54,250 nt of DNA, taken from Elusimicrobiota bacterium (GTDB lineage: Bacteria; Elusimicrobiota; Elusimicrobia; UBA1565; UBA9628). Positions 27,556 to 38,062 of this stretch are shown here, one piece after another. The notes under the pieces were generated by a model that did no database searches, was not told where the DNA came from, and was given only the letters and a program-made list of their open reading frames with translations. Each line of letters begins with the position of its first letter. Position 1 is the stretch's first letter. A program made the translations under genes and the position numbers. The stretch spans positions 1-54,250 of the forward strand of contig DAHVNA010000007.1 of NCBI GenBank assembly GCA_027319565.1, written 5' to 3'.

Positions 27556-29398
27556 GATGCTTTCTCCTCTTTCGGACAATCTTGCGCTTTTTCCATTTGT
27601 GCCGGGAAGCGATCGAGGCTTTTGGTTTCTGTTTGAACGCCGTCTTTGGACGAACCGTCTTAACGCGCAGGCGATTAAAAAAAGATTTAACACCTCGGAC
27701 AATCGCATTTGCGATTTTATTTTGAAAAGAAGGGTCCAAAAGCTCGGCCTCTTGGGCGGGATCGCTTAAATATGCCGATTCAGTTAAGATCGCCGGCATT
27801 TCCGTCATTCTCAAAACCAGGTAATTTCCGTAGCGGGCCCCTTCGTCAGGCAAAGGCAAAGTCTTTTTATATTCTTTTTCAACCGAGCGCGCCAATTGCA
27901 GGCTTTGGGGAAGATAATAAAAGATCGAAAACCCATGTGCCGACTTAAACGGGTTTTCTCCCAGCGAGAGAGTGTTATTGTGAATGCTGATAAAAACATC
28001 GGCGCGATTATCCCAAGCCATTTTCGGGCGATCAGCAAGCCCCACTTCTTCCGTATCGGTTTGATGGCTTAAAAGAACCTTGGCGCCATCTTTTTCCAGA
28101 ATTTTTTCGGCGCGTTTGGCAATCGCGAGGTTGACATCCATTTCTTTCGTCCCAAGTCCGCCGATAGCGCCGGGCTCTGACGGCATATGGCCCGGATCCA
28201 AGAATATCGTGCGACCTTCAAGGGCATTTTGAGCGATTGTCGGAGGCCGCCGCATTTCAATTGACAGAGAATTGCCCTCATAAGAAGCATGGTATCCCCA
28301 TAAACGCTGCCCAGGCCTTAAATAAAGCGTCAGCTCAACGACATCTTTAGCGCGCTGTTTAATTCGCGCCTCTTTGACAAAAGAATCATCCCGATAAACA
28401 ATCCAATTGGTATGGATATGCGCATAATAAACAAGGACCTTTAAGCGCGTCAAATCGGAGGATTCGTTCATTTCAAAGGGAACCTTCTCCGACATCACTA
28501 AAACGACCTTGGCGCCGTCGCTGGAGCCTTTGACAATCACGCTTCCCGTTTCCGAATCAGGAAGAGCGGATTGAAGCGGCAATAAATTAAGATGGTGAGA
28601 TGAAATCCAACCGCCTTGATCCGCGCTCAATGGGACATAGGTCCATGCGCCGATGGATTCCCCCAATTTCACGCGGGCCCCGGGCAAAAGAGAGAACATC
28701 TCTCCCGCCTCCGGCAAAGACTTCATCATCACGGGATATCGGCCTTGGACAGTGGCTGTTCTGTCAAAAGCGTCCGTCATTGAAACCTTTGCTTTCGTGT
28801 ATAGTTTGCGGCCGCTTAAATAAAGTTCAATGGAAGAAGCTTTGAGAGAATCTTTTCCGGTCACCCGATAAAACCCCTGGTAGAGACCCAGGGATGGATT
28901 ATATTCCAACATCTTGACCCAGGAATGATGGGGGATTTTAAACCAGGCCTTGCCTCCCGGGCTGCCTCTAAAAGCGACACGCAAAACATCTCCCGGACGC
29001 AAAGATTCATTCGAGGAAGGGCTGACACTTGAAGGGTCAATCGCGATAGGGCGGCGCGGCATCGGAGCGGGAACAGGCTCGACAAAGATATCGCGGTCAT
29101 AATCATAGCGAACGCTTCCAACGCTTAAAGTCGAGTGAAAAGTGAAGGTTCCAGTTTGAACCGGAAGCCATGCGATAAATGCGCCTGTTTTATAAACGGA
29201 AACAGTCGAGCCGTTAATCTCAAAATGGCCTTTGGGGTCTGAAACAGATCCCAAAACGAACTCATGGGAGGCAAAGGGAAAAATGTCATTTTCATGCGGG
29301 AGAACAATCATGATGGGAGCCGTCGATTGCCTTAAAGACGCCAGCGATTGCGCCGCCGACGCCGGCAAGGAAAGAAATAAAAAAAGAAGAAATCCCAT
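27539..29398 (-). CDS. N-acetylmuramoyl-L-alanine amidase (Amidase_3) with SH3-like/AMIN-like N-terminal domains
   Basis: IFLDPGH, KEMDVNL, FISIHNN, AILTE. Confidence 0.92.
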   Translation of the reverse strand: MGFLLFLFLSLPASAAQSLASLRQSTAPIMIVLPHENDIFPFASHEFVLGSVSDPKGHFEINGSTVSVYKTGAFIAWLPVQTGTFTFHSTLSVGSVRYDYDRDIFVEPVPAPMPRRPIAIDPSSVSPSSNESLRPGDVLRVAFRGSPGGKAWFKIPHHSWVKMLEYNPSLGLYQGFYRVTGKDSLKASSIELYLSGRKLYTKAKVSMTDAFDRTATVQGRYPVMMKSLPEAGEMFSLLPGARVKLGESIGAWTYVPLSADQGGWISSHHLNLLPLQSALPDSETGSVIVKGSSDGAKVVLVMSEKVPFEMNESSDLTRLKVLVYYAHIHTNWIVYRDDSFVKEARIKQRAKDVVELTLYLRPGQRLWGYHASYEGNSLSIEMRRPPTIAQNALEGRTIFLDPGHMPSEPGAIGGLGTKEMDVNLAIAKRAEKILEKDGAKVLLSHQTDTEEVGLADRPKMAWDNRADVFISIHNNTLSLGENPFKSAHGFSIFYYLPQSLQLARSVEKEYKKTLPLPDEGARYGNYLVLRMTEMPAILTESAYLSDPAQEAELLDPSFQNKIANAIVRGVKSFFNRLRVKTVRPKTAFKQKPKASIASRHKWKKRKIVRKRRKHHARKS

Positions 29399-29418
29399 GG
29401 TCCTATTCTACTAATAAT

Positions 29419-30597
29419 CTAATTTTCAAAGGCATGGAACACAAAGCCGCTTGAAACTTTAGGATAAAAATAAGTCGACTTTGGAGGCAAAAGGCCCAAG
29501 ATCTGAGCCGCCCGGCGAATGTCGGAGACGGAAAAAGATGGAACTAAAATAGCCGCGCCCTTAAGTCCATCCGCCATTTTTTTAGCCGCGCGGGCATCCG
29601 AGCTATAATGAATATCCTGCGGAGAAATTCGAGACAACAGGTGATAGTTCAGCCACTCAAGAGTGAGAAGGCTTTGACAACCGCTCTTGTCCTTAGGAAA
29701 AGCTAAAAAATACTTCCCCAACTCATAAATTCCAAAGGCATATGGATCGGTTTTTCTTTTGAGCGAATTTTGAAGGACGGAAAGACTCGGAATTGACCTT
29801 AAATGGCACAAAGCCCGCGCTTTATCTAAAATTTTTTTTGGCAAAACGCGGTGAGTCGGCAAAACCAAAAGACCAGGATCATCTTCCGCGCAAAAATAAG
29901 CGAGGATTTTGCCCGCTTCGGGATTTCCATTTTGCTTAAAATAATCGCAAGCCGCGCCGAGCCGATGGTGGCCATCGGCGACGAAAAGAGGCAAGTTTTT
30001 TAGCGTCCGCTGAATTAAGGCAATCTGAGCTAAGTCGTCTATCCGCCACAGACGGCAATCGGTATGAGGAAAAACGGGCAAGCGGCCCCGCTCGAATTCC
30101 CTGCCCTTGAGCAATTGCCGAATCAAATTTTCCGTTTTTCCTTTTGGATCGGGATAAACGGTAAAAATAGGGCTTAAATTGGCCTTGACCATTTGAAGAA
30201 CTTTTAAGCGATCAGCGCGCGGAATGGGGAGAGTTTTTTCATGGGGAATAATCCGCGCCAAATTCCTGGGGCTTAAGCTCACCAAAGCGAGAAACCCCAA
30301 GCGGCGGAAGTTTTTTTCCCCGTAGGAAAAATTCTCTTCCAAAATATAAATCGCGGAAGTGTCATCCCTGACGATGGTACCATCCTCTCGCCAGGATTCC
30401 CAGAGTTGAGCCGCTTGCCGGTATCCGTCTTTTTTAACTCCCGCTGAAAGGTCAAGATGAATGGAATTAAACTTCTTGGCGCGCAAAACCTTTGCATCTT
30501 TTTCGCCAATGGCGTCATAGGGCGGGCACAAGACTCCGCTTAAAGAAACCCGCTTGGGGTTAAAATAAAGTCCTTTAAATGGGAAGATATCAGGCAT
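29419..30597 (-). CDS. DUF1015 family protein
   Basis: PPYD, IIPHEKT, ADGHHR, PKSTYFYPK; start MPDIFPF. Confidence 0.9.
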   Translation of the reverse strand: MPDIFPFKGLYFNPKRVSLSGVLCPPYDAIGEKDAKVLRAKKFNSIHLDLSAGVKKDGYRQAAQLWESWREDGTIVRDDTSAIYILEENFSYGEKNFRRLGFLALVSLSPRNLARIIPHEKTLPIPRADRLKVLQMVKANLSPIFTVYPDPKGKTENLIRQLLKGREFERGRLPVFPHTDCRLWRIDDLAQIALIQRTLKNLPLFVADGHHRLGAACDYFKQNGNPEAGKILAYFCAEDDPGLLVLPTHRVLPKKILDKARALCHLRSIPSLSVLQNSLKRKTDPYAFGIYELGKYFLAFPKDKSGCQSLLTLEWLNYHLLSRISPQDIHYSSDARAAKKMADGLKGAAILVPSFSVSDIRRAAQILGLLPPKSTYFYPKVSSGFVFHAFEN

Positions 30598-30647
30598 TCT
30601 CTCATCATCGCCGATTTTACCCCCGACTGTCAAGGAGAATAGGAACC

Positions 30648-31727
30648 CTAGTTCAAGGTGCGCGACAAGCGCCGGACCGCCATGGCCGTCACGCTCAAAC
30701 CGATAAGTCCGATCTTCGACAAATTCTCCCAAAATACATGAGGATTTCCGCCTTTAAGCATGATATTGATAAGCATCGTAATGAAATAGCGCAAGGGATT
30801 GAGATAGCTAATCCAAGCGATGACCTTGGGGATATTATCCAGAGGAAATCCAATTCCAGAAAGCTGCATTTGGAGAAAAAGGATGATAAACCCAATGACC
30901 ATCGTTCCTTGCTGGGTCGGAGCCAAGGTAAAAACCCAGAATCCGACCTCAACCATGGTCGCGATAAAAACAAGCCCTCCCAAAAGCAACATCCACAAAG
31001 GCCCTCGTTCGGGAACCCCAAATCCGAAAACGCCTCCCGCAACGCATAACAAGAAAATGACCATGGTGATCACGACAAATGGAATCGTTTTCCCCAGAAT
31101 AATTTCCCTTTTTTTGACGGGAGCCATTAAAAGCATTTCCATCGTTCCAAAATCGGTCTCGCGCGCGAAAGACATGCTACTTAATGGCACCGCCACCAAA
31201 CACAAAATCATGCCGATGATGGAGGGAACCATGAAATACGGCGTTTTGAGTTCTGGGTTATACAAGGTTTTGACGGAAAATTTAAAAAGAGGCGGTGGAA
31301 CATGCGACACTTCCGCGACAATCGAACTAAGATAGGCCTCTATGTTTCTCGCGCGAGCGCCATTAGAGGCGTCGATTAAGACCTGAAGCCTTCCGTTTTT
31401 TTCCGCCATCGATTTTTCAAGGCCTTCGGGCGGAGAGATTAAAACGGCCTCGGCTTCCCCTGATTTAACCCATTGATAAGGATCAACCCCGCGAACTTTC
31501 GCCGGCACAAACCAACTGGAAGAGTCCGCCCGGTTAACCACCTCTTCTAAAACTTTATCCGGCGTTCCGGAAACGGCCAGGCGAATATTGCGCGTTTCGG
31601 TGCGGATAATCACTCCAAAGGTGATGAGCTGAATCGCCGGCAAGGGAATCATAAAAATAAGCATCCTAGGATCGCGCAAATTCTGGGAAAACTCTTTCCT
31701 TAAAAATCCCCAAATCGCCTTATTCAC
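30648..31727 (-). CDS. ABC-2 transporter permease (YbhR-like)
   Basis: KEF..RDPR, YNPEL, RE..GTME.L. Confidence 0.9.
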   Translation of the reverse strand: MNKAIWGFLRKEFSQNLRDPRMLIFMIPLPAIQLITFGVIIRTETRNIRLAVSGTPDKVLEEVVNRADSSSWFVPAKVRGVDPYQWVKSGEAEAVLISPPEGLEKSMAEKNGRLQVLIDASNGARARNIEAYLSSIVAEVSHVPPPLFKFSVKTLYNPELKTPYFMVPSIIGMILCLVAVPLSSMSFARETDFGTMEMLLMAPVKKREIILGKTIPFVVITMVIFLLCVAGGVFGFGVPERGPLWMLLLGGLVFIATMVEVGFWVFTLAPTQQGTMVIGFIILFLQMQLSGIGFPLDNIPKVIAWISYLNPLRYFITMLINIMLKGGNPHVFWENLSKIGLIGLSVTAMAVRRLSRTLN

Positions 31728-32848
31728 GGCTCGACGTCCTTTTTAAAACTTTTAATGGAAATGGCGACCGTAATCAAGGTGAGAAAAAAAAGGGCGAAAA
31801 ACTCGGTTTTAAGGTCTTTAAAGCCAGCGCCCTTGAGAAACACCGGGCGCAATATTTGCATGAACCAGCGAACGGCAAAGAGTTCGGTTAAACGGCGGAA
31901 AAAGGGAGTCATGTTTTCAACGGGAAAAATAAAGCCCGACATTAAAAGGGCGGGCAAAAGCCCGGCATTCATCGCCGTCTGGACCGCCAGCTGTTGTTGC
32001 CGGGTCACGACCGAAATGAGAAGCCCCTGCGCCAACATTCCCGCCAAAAACAGCGCGGAAGAGACAAACAAAGCTCCATAACTTCCGCGCATTGGAACAT
32101 GAAAGACAATCCGGGCCAAAATAAAAACGAACCAGACTTCAATCATTCCCAAAATAGCATAGGGCGCTATTTTCCCGAAAATAATTTCGGAAGGGCGAAG
32201 AGGGGTCGACAATAACAGTTCCATCGAGCCATTTTCCCACTCTTTGGCCACCGTCATCGCGGTCAGAAGCGTTGCGACCAATCCATTGATGACGGCAATT
32301 AGTCCCGGCACGAAAAACCAATAGTTATTCAGTTCCGGGTTAAAAAGGTAGCGGGTTTTTAGTCGAATAGGCCATTTCCAATCCCCCCAATGGGCGCCGA
32401 TTCTCTGATTAGCGGCCGACTGAATTCCTGAAATATATCCGGAAACGATGCTTGAAATCAGATTGTCGGCTCCGTCTAAAACGATCTGGGCTTGAGAAGA
32501 CTTTCCCCCCTCGATTCGCCGGCCGAAACGAGGATTGATGATTAGAATCGCCCTGTCTTTTTCTTCATCAAGGCGTTTTAACGGGTGAGCGGTCAACGCC
32601 AATTTCTCCGGATGGAAATAATCTGACCCATGAAAAACCTCGATGAGTTTTCTCGATACCGGAGTATTATCCCCATCGACAATTCCAATATGAACATCCC
32701 GAATGTCGAAGTTGATCGTAAAACCAAAAAAAATCAAAAACGCGACCGGAAGCCCCAACGCCAAGGAAAGAATGTAGGGGTCGCGCGCCAGATGGCTAAA
32801 TTCTTTTCTCGCAATCGACCAGGCGCGAGAAAAACTAAAGCCCATCAC
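31724..32848 (-). CDS. ABC-2 transporter permease (YbhS-like)
   Basis: KEF..RDP, FNPEL, AKEWENGSMELL. Confidence 0.9.
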   Translation of the reverse strand: MMGFSFSRAWSIARKEFSHLARDPYILSLALGLPVAFLIFFGFTINFDIRDVHIGIVDGDNTPVSRKLIEVFHGSDYFHPEKLALTAHPLKRLDEEKDRAILIINPRFGRRIEGGKSSQAQIVLDGADNLISSIVSGYISGIQSAANQRIGAHWGDWKWPIRLKTRYLFNPELNNYWFFVPGLIAVINGLVATLLTAMTVAKEWENGSMELLLSTPLRPSEIIFGKIAPYAILGMIEVWFVFILARIVFHVPMRGSYGALFVSSALFLAGMLAQGLLISVVTRQQQLAVQTAMNAGLLPALLMSGFIFPVENMTPFFRRLTELFAVRWFMQILRPVFLKGAGFKDLKTEFFALFFLTLITVAISIKSFKKDVEP

Positions 32849-33753
32849 AGCTTCGCCTCCACCATTTTAATGAAGACATCTTCCAACGACGGGCGAATTT
32901 TTTTTGTTTCAATGCGCGTCTCTTGAGAAAAACGATCGGCTTGCGTTCCGGGCTTAAGCTCAAAATGCCAACGCAGTCCGTGAGGAGTTAAATTAAACAC
33001 GGCGGGATGTTCCGACAAAGATTTTTCTAAAGCCGGATTATTCCCGACATCCGCCTCATAAAGAGAATGCGGAAACGCGGCCTCTTTAAGCCGTTCGGAA
33101 GAGTCCAAAGCGACGATTTTCCCGGAACGCATCAGGCTAATGCGCCCGCAATGCTCCGCCTCATCCATATAGTGAGTCGTGATAAAAACGGTCTTTCCCT
33201 CGGAAGAAACCTTGCGAATGAGATCCCAAAACTTGACTCGCGCCGCCGGAGAAACCCCGGCGGTGGGCTCATCCAAAAACAAAATTTCCGGCTCATGAAG
33301 CATTGAAATCGCTAGCGCCAAACGCTGCTTGACCCCGCCGGAAAGATTTCGGACCAAGGTTTTGGGGGAAGCGTCAAACTCAATGTATTTAAAAAGCTCT
33401 TTGGCCCGGGAAGCGATCTTAGCGCGAGTCATCTTCCTAAGGCTTCCGGAAAAATAAATATTTTCATCTACGCTCAAATCATTATAGAGAGTAAATTTCT
33501 GGGACATATATCCCACGCGGGCTTTAATGGCATCCATATCATTGCGCGGATCATGACCTGAAACGTAAATTTCTCCGGAACTCGGGCGAATCAGTCCGCA
33601 AAGAACCCGAATCGTCGTCGTCTTTCCCGCTCCGTTCGCGCCCAGAAAACCAAAGATTTCCCCCCGCTTGACCGAAAAAGAAATGTCGTCTACCGCGGTG
33701 AAATTTCCAAAACGCACCACCAGGTTTTTGACTTGCGCCGCGTATTCGTTCAT
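32845..33753 (-). CDS. ABC transporter ATP-binding protein (YbhF C-half-like)
   Basis: GANGAGKTT, LSGG, LDEPT. Confidence 0.93.
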   Translation of the reverse strand: MNEYAAQVKNLVVRFGNFTAVDDISFSVKRGEIFGFLGANGAGKTTTIRVLCGLIRPSSGEIYVSGHDPRNDMDAIKARVGYMSQKFTLYNDLSVDENIYFSGSLRKMTRAKIASRAKELFKYIEFDASPKTLVRNLSGGVKQRLALAISMLHEPEILFLDEPTAGVSPAARVKFWDLIRKVSSEGKTVFITTHYMDEAEHCGRISLMRSGKIVALDSSERLKEAAFPHSLYEADVGNNPALEKSLSEHPAVFNLTPHGLRWHFELKPGTQADRFSQETRIETKKIRPSLEDVFIKMVEAKL

Positions 33754-34490
33754 ACCGCCGCCCGTTTAAGAAAGAGGGCTTCAAAGTTGTCCACTTTTTC
33801 AGAAGCTAAAACCGAGCGCGGCTCTCCCGAAGCGAGAATTCTGCCATTTTCCATCAAGTGCACCTGCCCGCATCTTTCGGCCTCATCCATGTAAGAAGTG
33901 CTGGCCAAAATCAGAATCGGACTATGGGCGAGAAGACGGTAGAGCAAATTCCAGAATTCTCTTCGGCTAATGGGATCGACTCCCGTGGTTGGCTCATCCA
34001 ACAATAATATTTCCGGGGACGGCAAAAGCGCGCACATGAGCCCCAATTTTTTATACATTCCCCCCGAGAGTTTTCCGGCCGGACGAGAGGCGAAATTTTC
34101 CATGTCGGTCGCTTTAAGCAATTCCCGCCTGCGCTCCTGATAATACGCGCGCGGAATGTCATAGAGAACGCGAAAAAAATCCAGGTGTTCGGAAACCGAA
34201 AGATCCGAATAGAGGCTCTGGGCCTGCGGCATATACGCGATATGGGGTCGAACCTCTTTAAATGGAACCTGAACGCCCGCGCGCTTAAAAACTACTTCTC
34301 CCTGATTGGGTTTTAAAAGTCCCACTAAGATTCGCATCAGGGTTGTTTTTCCGGCGCCATCGGGGCCAATCAAGCCGTGAAGAGTGGAGGAAGATAAAAC
34401 GCAGCTAGCGCCTCTCAGCGCGTGATTGGGTCCCAGGCGCTTATTAATTTCTCGAATCTCAATTGAAACGCCTTCTGTATTAGGGTCCAA
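33750..34490 (-). CDS. ABC transporter ATP-binding protein (YbhF N-half-like)
   Basis: GPDGAGKTT, LSGGM, LDEPTTGVDP. Confidence 0.93.
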   Translation of the reverse strand: MDPNTEGVSIEIREINKRLGPNHALRGASCVLSSSTLHGLIGPDGAGKTTLMRILVGLLKPNQGEVVFKRAGVQVPFKEVRPHIAYMPQAQSLYSDLSVSEHLDFFRVLYDIPRAYYQERRRELLKATDMENFASRPAGKLSGGMYKKLGLMCALLPSPEILLLDEPTTGVDPISRREFWNLLYRLLAHSPILILASTSYMDEAERCGQVHLMENGRILASGEPRSVLASEKVDNFEALFLKRAAV

Positions 34491-35559
34491 GACGCACCTC
34501 GATAGGCATACCGGGTTTTAGTACTTTATCTGGATTGTCAAAGGCGACCTTGACCCCGTAAACCAAGCGCGTTCTCTCCTTTTGGGTTTGGACATTTTTA
34601 GGCGTAAATTCCGCCTCGGGGCGGATGAACTCGATATGCCCTGGGAAAGCCTTCATATTCATTTCCGGCAAATATCCAATGGCCTCTTCACCGATAGAAA
34701 GATGCGCCAGCATCGGCTGAGGAACATAAACATAAGCGTAAACCGAGCCCAGATCGGCTAGAGAAAGAAGAACCGTTTGAGGCGCGGCCATGTCCCCCGG
34801 TTCCAATGGGCGATAGAGGACGGTCCCGCTAATAGGAGAAGAAATCTTGCACCAATTGAGATGGATTTCGGCTTCTTGGTAGCGGGCTTTAAGCGCGTCC
34901 ATATCTTCTTGAGTGGCCGAGCCCTGCTCGAACAAAATTTGTCCACGGTTATAATTTTTTTGGGCCAGATCAAATTCCGTTTGGATGTCTCCGCAAGACA
35001 AGGTCGCGATCAACTGCCCCTTTTCAACGTGGTCTCCTTCCCGAGGAAATATTTCGGCGACTCTGGCCATTATGCGCGGAGCCACGTGCACCTCGACAGC
35101 CTCGATGGTCCCGGAATAGAGAAAATCTTTTTTTTCCTGAAGTCCAAGATAATTCTTGATTTGATCTAGTATCGACGGGGGCGACTTTTCCTCCCCTGGC
35201 ATATCCCCGACGGAATCTTTGGCGTTTAAAGGCCTCAACTCTTCCAAGGACCCTACTCCAGGTTTTTCCCCGTCTTCAAGACGCCTGGCCTTATCGAAAG
35301 ATTCTTGAGATCTGAGCATGTCTCCTTGGGAGAGAAGAATATTCCCCAAGAGGACATAGGCTTCCGGAAAACGCGGATTCTGCCGGATAAAGGGAATCAA
35401 ATCCGACAAGGCGGCGGCATAATTTTCCTGATGATAGAAGTTTTGCGCTTCTTGATAGAGAGGGTCTTGTCTGACAAGCGTCTCTTTTCCCTGGGAAGCG
35501 GCTCCGATAAAAGCCATCCCAAAAACAAGACATAAAAGCGCCCCGGCGGCTTTTCGCAT
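34480..35559 (-). CDS. HlyD/YbhG-family periplasmic adaptor with N-terminal TPR
   Basis: SGTIEA, AEFTPKNVQT..ER..LVY, LKPGMP. Confidence 0.9.
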   Translation of the reverse strand: MRKAAGALLCLVFGMAFIGAASQGKETLVRQDPLYQEAQNFYHQENYAAALSDLIPFIRQNPRFPEAYVLLGNILLSQGDMLRSQESFDKARRLEDGEKPGVGSLEELRPLNAKDSVGDMPGEEKSPPSILDQIKNYLGLQEKKDFLYSGTIEAVEVHVAPRIMARVAEIFPREGDHVEKGQLIATLSCGDIQTEFDLAQKNYNRGQILFEQGSATQEDMDALKARYQEAEIHLNWCKISSPISGTVLYRPLEPGDMAAPQTVLLSLADLGSVYAYVYVPQPMLAHLSIGEEAIGYLPEMNMKAFPGHIEFIRPEAEFTPKNVQTQKERTRLVYGVKVAFDNPDKVLKPGMPIEVRLGP

Positions 35560-35641
35560 AAGCCTAGAATAAAGGAAAACTGTTAAATTTTCATGTCACC
35601 GTCTGAAAAATGGGCCTTTTTTAAATTGCTAGAATGAGCGG

Positions 35642-36622
35642 GTGAGGAAAATCTCGGAAGCCTCGGCAAAAAAAGAAATAGAGCGCACGCTTAAAATCGA
35701 AGCCGACGCCATTCTCAAAGCGCGGGAATCGGTGGGACCCGAGTATTTTAAGGCTTTATCGCTGTTGCTTGCCTGCAAAGGCAAGGTGATTTTAATGGGG
35801 GTTGGTAAATCCGGCTTAATCGCCCAAAAGATAGCGGCGACATTTTCCTCCACCGGAACCCCGGCCATGTTTTTAGACCCAACCGAGGCCAAGCACGGCG
35901 GAATTGGATTCATTCAAAAACAGGACTTGGTCGTCTGCCTGGGAAAATCGGGCGAATCAGAAGAGTTAAACGAGCTTTTGCCGCGCCTTAAATCCATTGG
36001 CGTTTCCATCATCGCCATCACGGCCAATCCTTCATCGACTCTCGCGAAAAGCTCAAAAGCCGCCATCATCACTCCCGTCCGCGAAGAAGCCTGCCCCTTG
36101 AATTTGGCGCCCACCGCCTCTACCACCGCCGCCTTGGCCGTCGGAGACGCGTTAGCGGTCGCTTTAATGAAAGCGCGAAACTTCGGCCCTCAGAGTTTTG
36201 CCCAGAATCACCCGGCCGGGAGAATCGGCAAAAGGCTTCTTTTTCTTGTCAAAGACGTGATGCGTTCGGGCGAAAACAATCCGGTCGTTGATGAAAAATG
36301 GCCGCTCAGGCGAGCTCTCGTTGAAATTACACGCCTTCAAGCCGGCGCGGCCTCAGTTCGAGACTCGCGCGGACGTTTTGTCGGCTTAATTACCGACTAC
36401 GATATCAGAGTCGCTCTTGAAAAGAAAAAAAATATTCTCGATTTGCCGGTCCGTAAAATCATGAATTCCCACCCCACCTCCATATCTCCCGAGAGTCCCG
36501 TCTTTAAGGCGATTGCCATCATGGAAAATAGGCGCAACCCTTTTAACGTCCTTCCGGTGATAGACAAAGGCCGCCCGGTCGGACTGATTCAGGTTCACGA
36601 TTTAAGAGCGCGCGGGCTTTAG
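35642..36622 (+). CDS. kdsD: Arabinose-5-phosphate isomerase, KpsF/GutQ family
   Basis: GVGKSG, EACPLNLAPTASTT, HPAG, CBS pair. Confidence 0.93.
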   Translation: MRKISEASAKKEIERTLKIEADAILKARESVGPEYFKALSLLLACKGKVILMGVGKSGLIAQKIAATFSSTGTPAMFLDPTEAKHGGIGFIQKQDLVVCLGKSGESEELNELLPRLKSIGVSIIAITANPSSTLAKSSKAAIITPVREEACPLNLAPTASTTAALAVGDALAVALMKARNFGPQSFAQNHPAGRIGKRLLFLVKDVMRSGENNPVVDEKWPLRRALVEITRLQAGAASVRDSRGRFVGLITDYDIRVALEKKKNILDLPVRKIMNSHPTSISPESPVFKAIAIMENRRNPFNVLPVIDKGRPVGLIQVHDLRARGL

Positions 36623-37452
36623 CTAAGACCCGAGGCAAGATCCTTGGGAAATTGAAGTCCCTTAAAGAAAGAAAGCATCTCGGAATGAATGCGGCCGTTG
36701 CTGGCCAGGGTTTGAGGCCCGAAAGCCGCCGGATGAGGCCAACGCCTGCCGCTAAAATCCGTCACTCGTCCTCCGGCTTCCTCGACTAAAAGCCAACCCG
36801 CCGCCACATCCCAGGGTTTTAAGCGAAACTCCCAAAAACCATCTGCCCGCCCGCAGGCAATCCAGGCCAGGTCAAGGGCGGCGCTGCCGCTTCTCCGAAT
36901 ATCATGCGAAGCGAGAAGAAACTTTCTCAAGCGCTCGACATAAAAATGAGAATGGCGGTGCCGATCATAGGCAAAACCGGTAATCAACAGAGATTCTCTC
37001 AATGACTTAACGCTAGAGACCCTGATTTCTTTTCCGTTGAGAAAAGAGCCCTTGCCTTTCTCGGCGATAAAGCGTTCTTCCCGAAAGGGATCTTCAATTC
37101 CGGCTAAAATCGGCTGATCTTTAAACAAAAGGGCGATGGAAACGCAGGAAGCCGGGTATCCATGGGCGTAATTGGTCGTTCCGTCCAAGGGATCGATGAC
37201 CCAGCGAAATGAAGAGCCGGTATCTTTAACGGCGTCTTCTTCCGCTTGATAGTCATGGAAAGGAGCCGCGCGCTTAATCACCGATAAAATGGCTTTTTGG
37301 CTGAGAATGTCGGCCTCGGTCACCAAGTTAACCCGCCCTTTATAGCGGACAGAAACGCTTAAAAATTTTTTCTTTAAAACCCGGGCTCCGGCCGTTAAGG
37401 CTTTGAGAAGGATTTCCCGGCAACGCGCGCTTTCATTTTTTGATATTTCCAC
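36619..37452 (-). CDS. suhB: Inositol monophosphatase family protein
   Basis: WVIDPLDGTTNYAHG, RRSGSAALDL, WDVAAG. Confidence 0.93.
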   Translation of the reverse strand: MEISKNESARCREILLKALTAGARVLKKKFLSVSVRYKGRVNLVTEADILSQKAILSVIKRAAPFHDYQAEEDAVKDTGSSFRWVIDPLDGTTNYAHGYPASCVSIALLFKDQPILAGIEDPFREERFIAEKGKGSFLNGKEIRVSSVKSLRESLLITGFAYDRHRHSHFYVERLRKFLLASHDIRRSGSAALDLAWIACGRADGFWEFRLKPWDVAAGWLLVEEAGGRVTDFSGRRWPHPAAFGPQTLASNGRIHSEMLSFFKGLQFPKDLASGLS

Positions 37453-37499
37453 GTTTTTCTCCTACAAGCCAATTGCTCATATTATTTCGTTACCAACTA

Positions 37500-37653
37500 T
37501 TACGGACGGCTCCGCTTGAGAAACATCTTGACGTCATGATGGTTTCCGGCAAGAATAAAACATAAGGACCGCCCTGAAAGGCTGAAGATAATGCGCAGGC
37601 GGGTCTAGTTTTTTTAAGCGCTGAATGAAGGCGGGAGCGAAAGAAACTTCCAT
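37500..37653 (-). pseudogene. RelE/YafQ-family toxin pseudogene (internal deletion and frameshift)
   Basis: N-term MEVSFAPAFIQRLKKLDP and, in another frame, C-term LRIIFSLSGRSLCFILAGNHHDVKMFLKRSRP*; TGATG overlap with antitoxin. Confidence 0.7.
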
Positions 37654-37928
37654 CAAAGGGATTGGAGATACTTCTTGGCTTCTTGCCCGCTTTTAAATCT
37701 CTTTCCACCCCTTGCTTTGCCAAGACGCTCCAGCTTATCTAACTAAGCTTCAGAGTAATTGAGTTCTTCTCTTGTCAGAGAAACTGGAGCGATTTCAACA
37801 TGGTTATTTCTCAGATAAAAACCAATCATGTTTTTTCTTCCGTTGAGCCGGAACATTCGTCTCACGGAAATAGGGACCACCGCCTGCCCATTTTTTCCAA
37901 CGGGAGATATTGAAATTAGTTTTGTCAT
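37653..37928 (-). pseudogene. AbrB/MazE-type antitoxin with premature TAG
   Basis: VGKNGQAVVPISVRR; TAG at 37743-37745, then frame continues LDKLERLGKARGGKRFKSGQEAKKYLQSL*. Confidence 0.7.
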
Positions 37929-38062
37929 TATATTATCCTAAATTCCTAATATAGGATATATGGAGTTTTATCATAAGTCAAGGGCCTATCGCGCCATTGT
38001 CTTTAAAGAGGCGCTCAAAAATCGGCGTCAGGTTCTAATCATTCAGCGGCGTCGGAATGGGA

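Noticed and set aside
37490..37723. 77-aa ORF as a real gene
   Set aside because: Alternative frame across the decayed TA pair
37743..37745. Amber recoding (pyrrolysine/alternative code)
   Set aside because: TAG terminates other genes normally here and the partner toxin is also broken, so pseudogenisation is simpler
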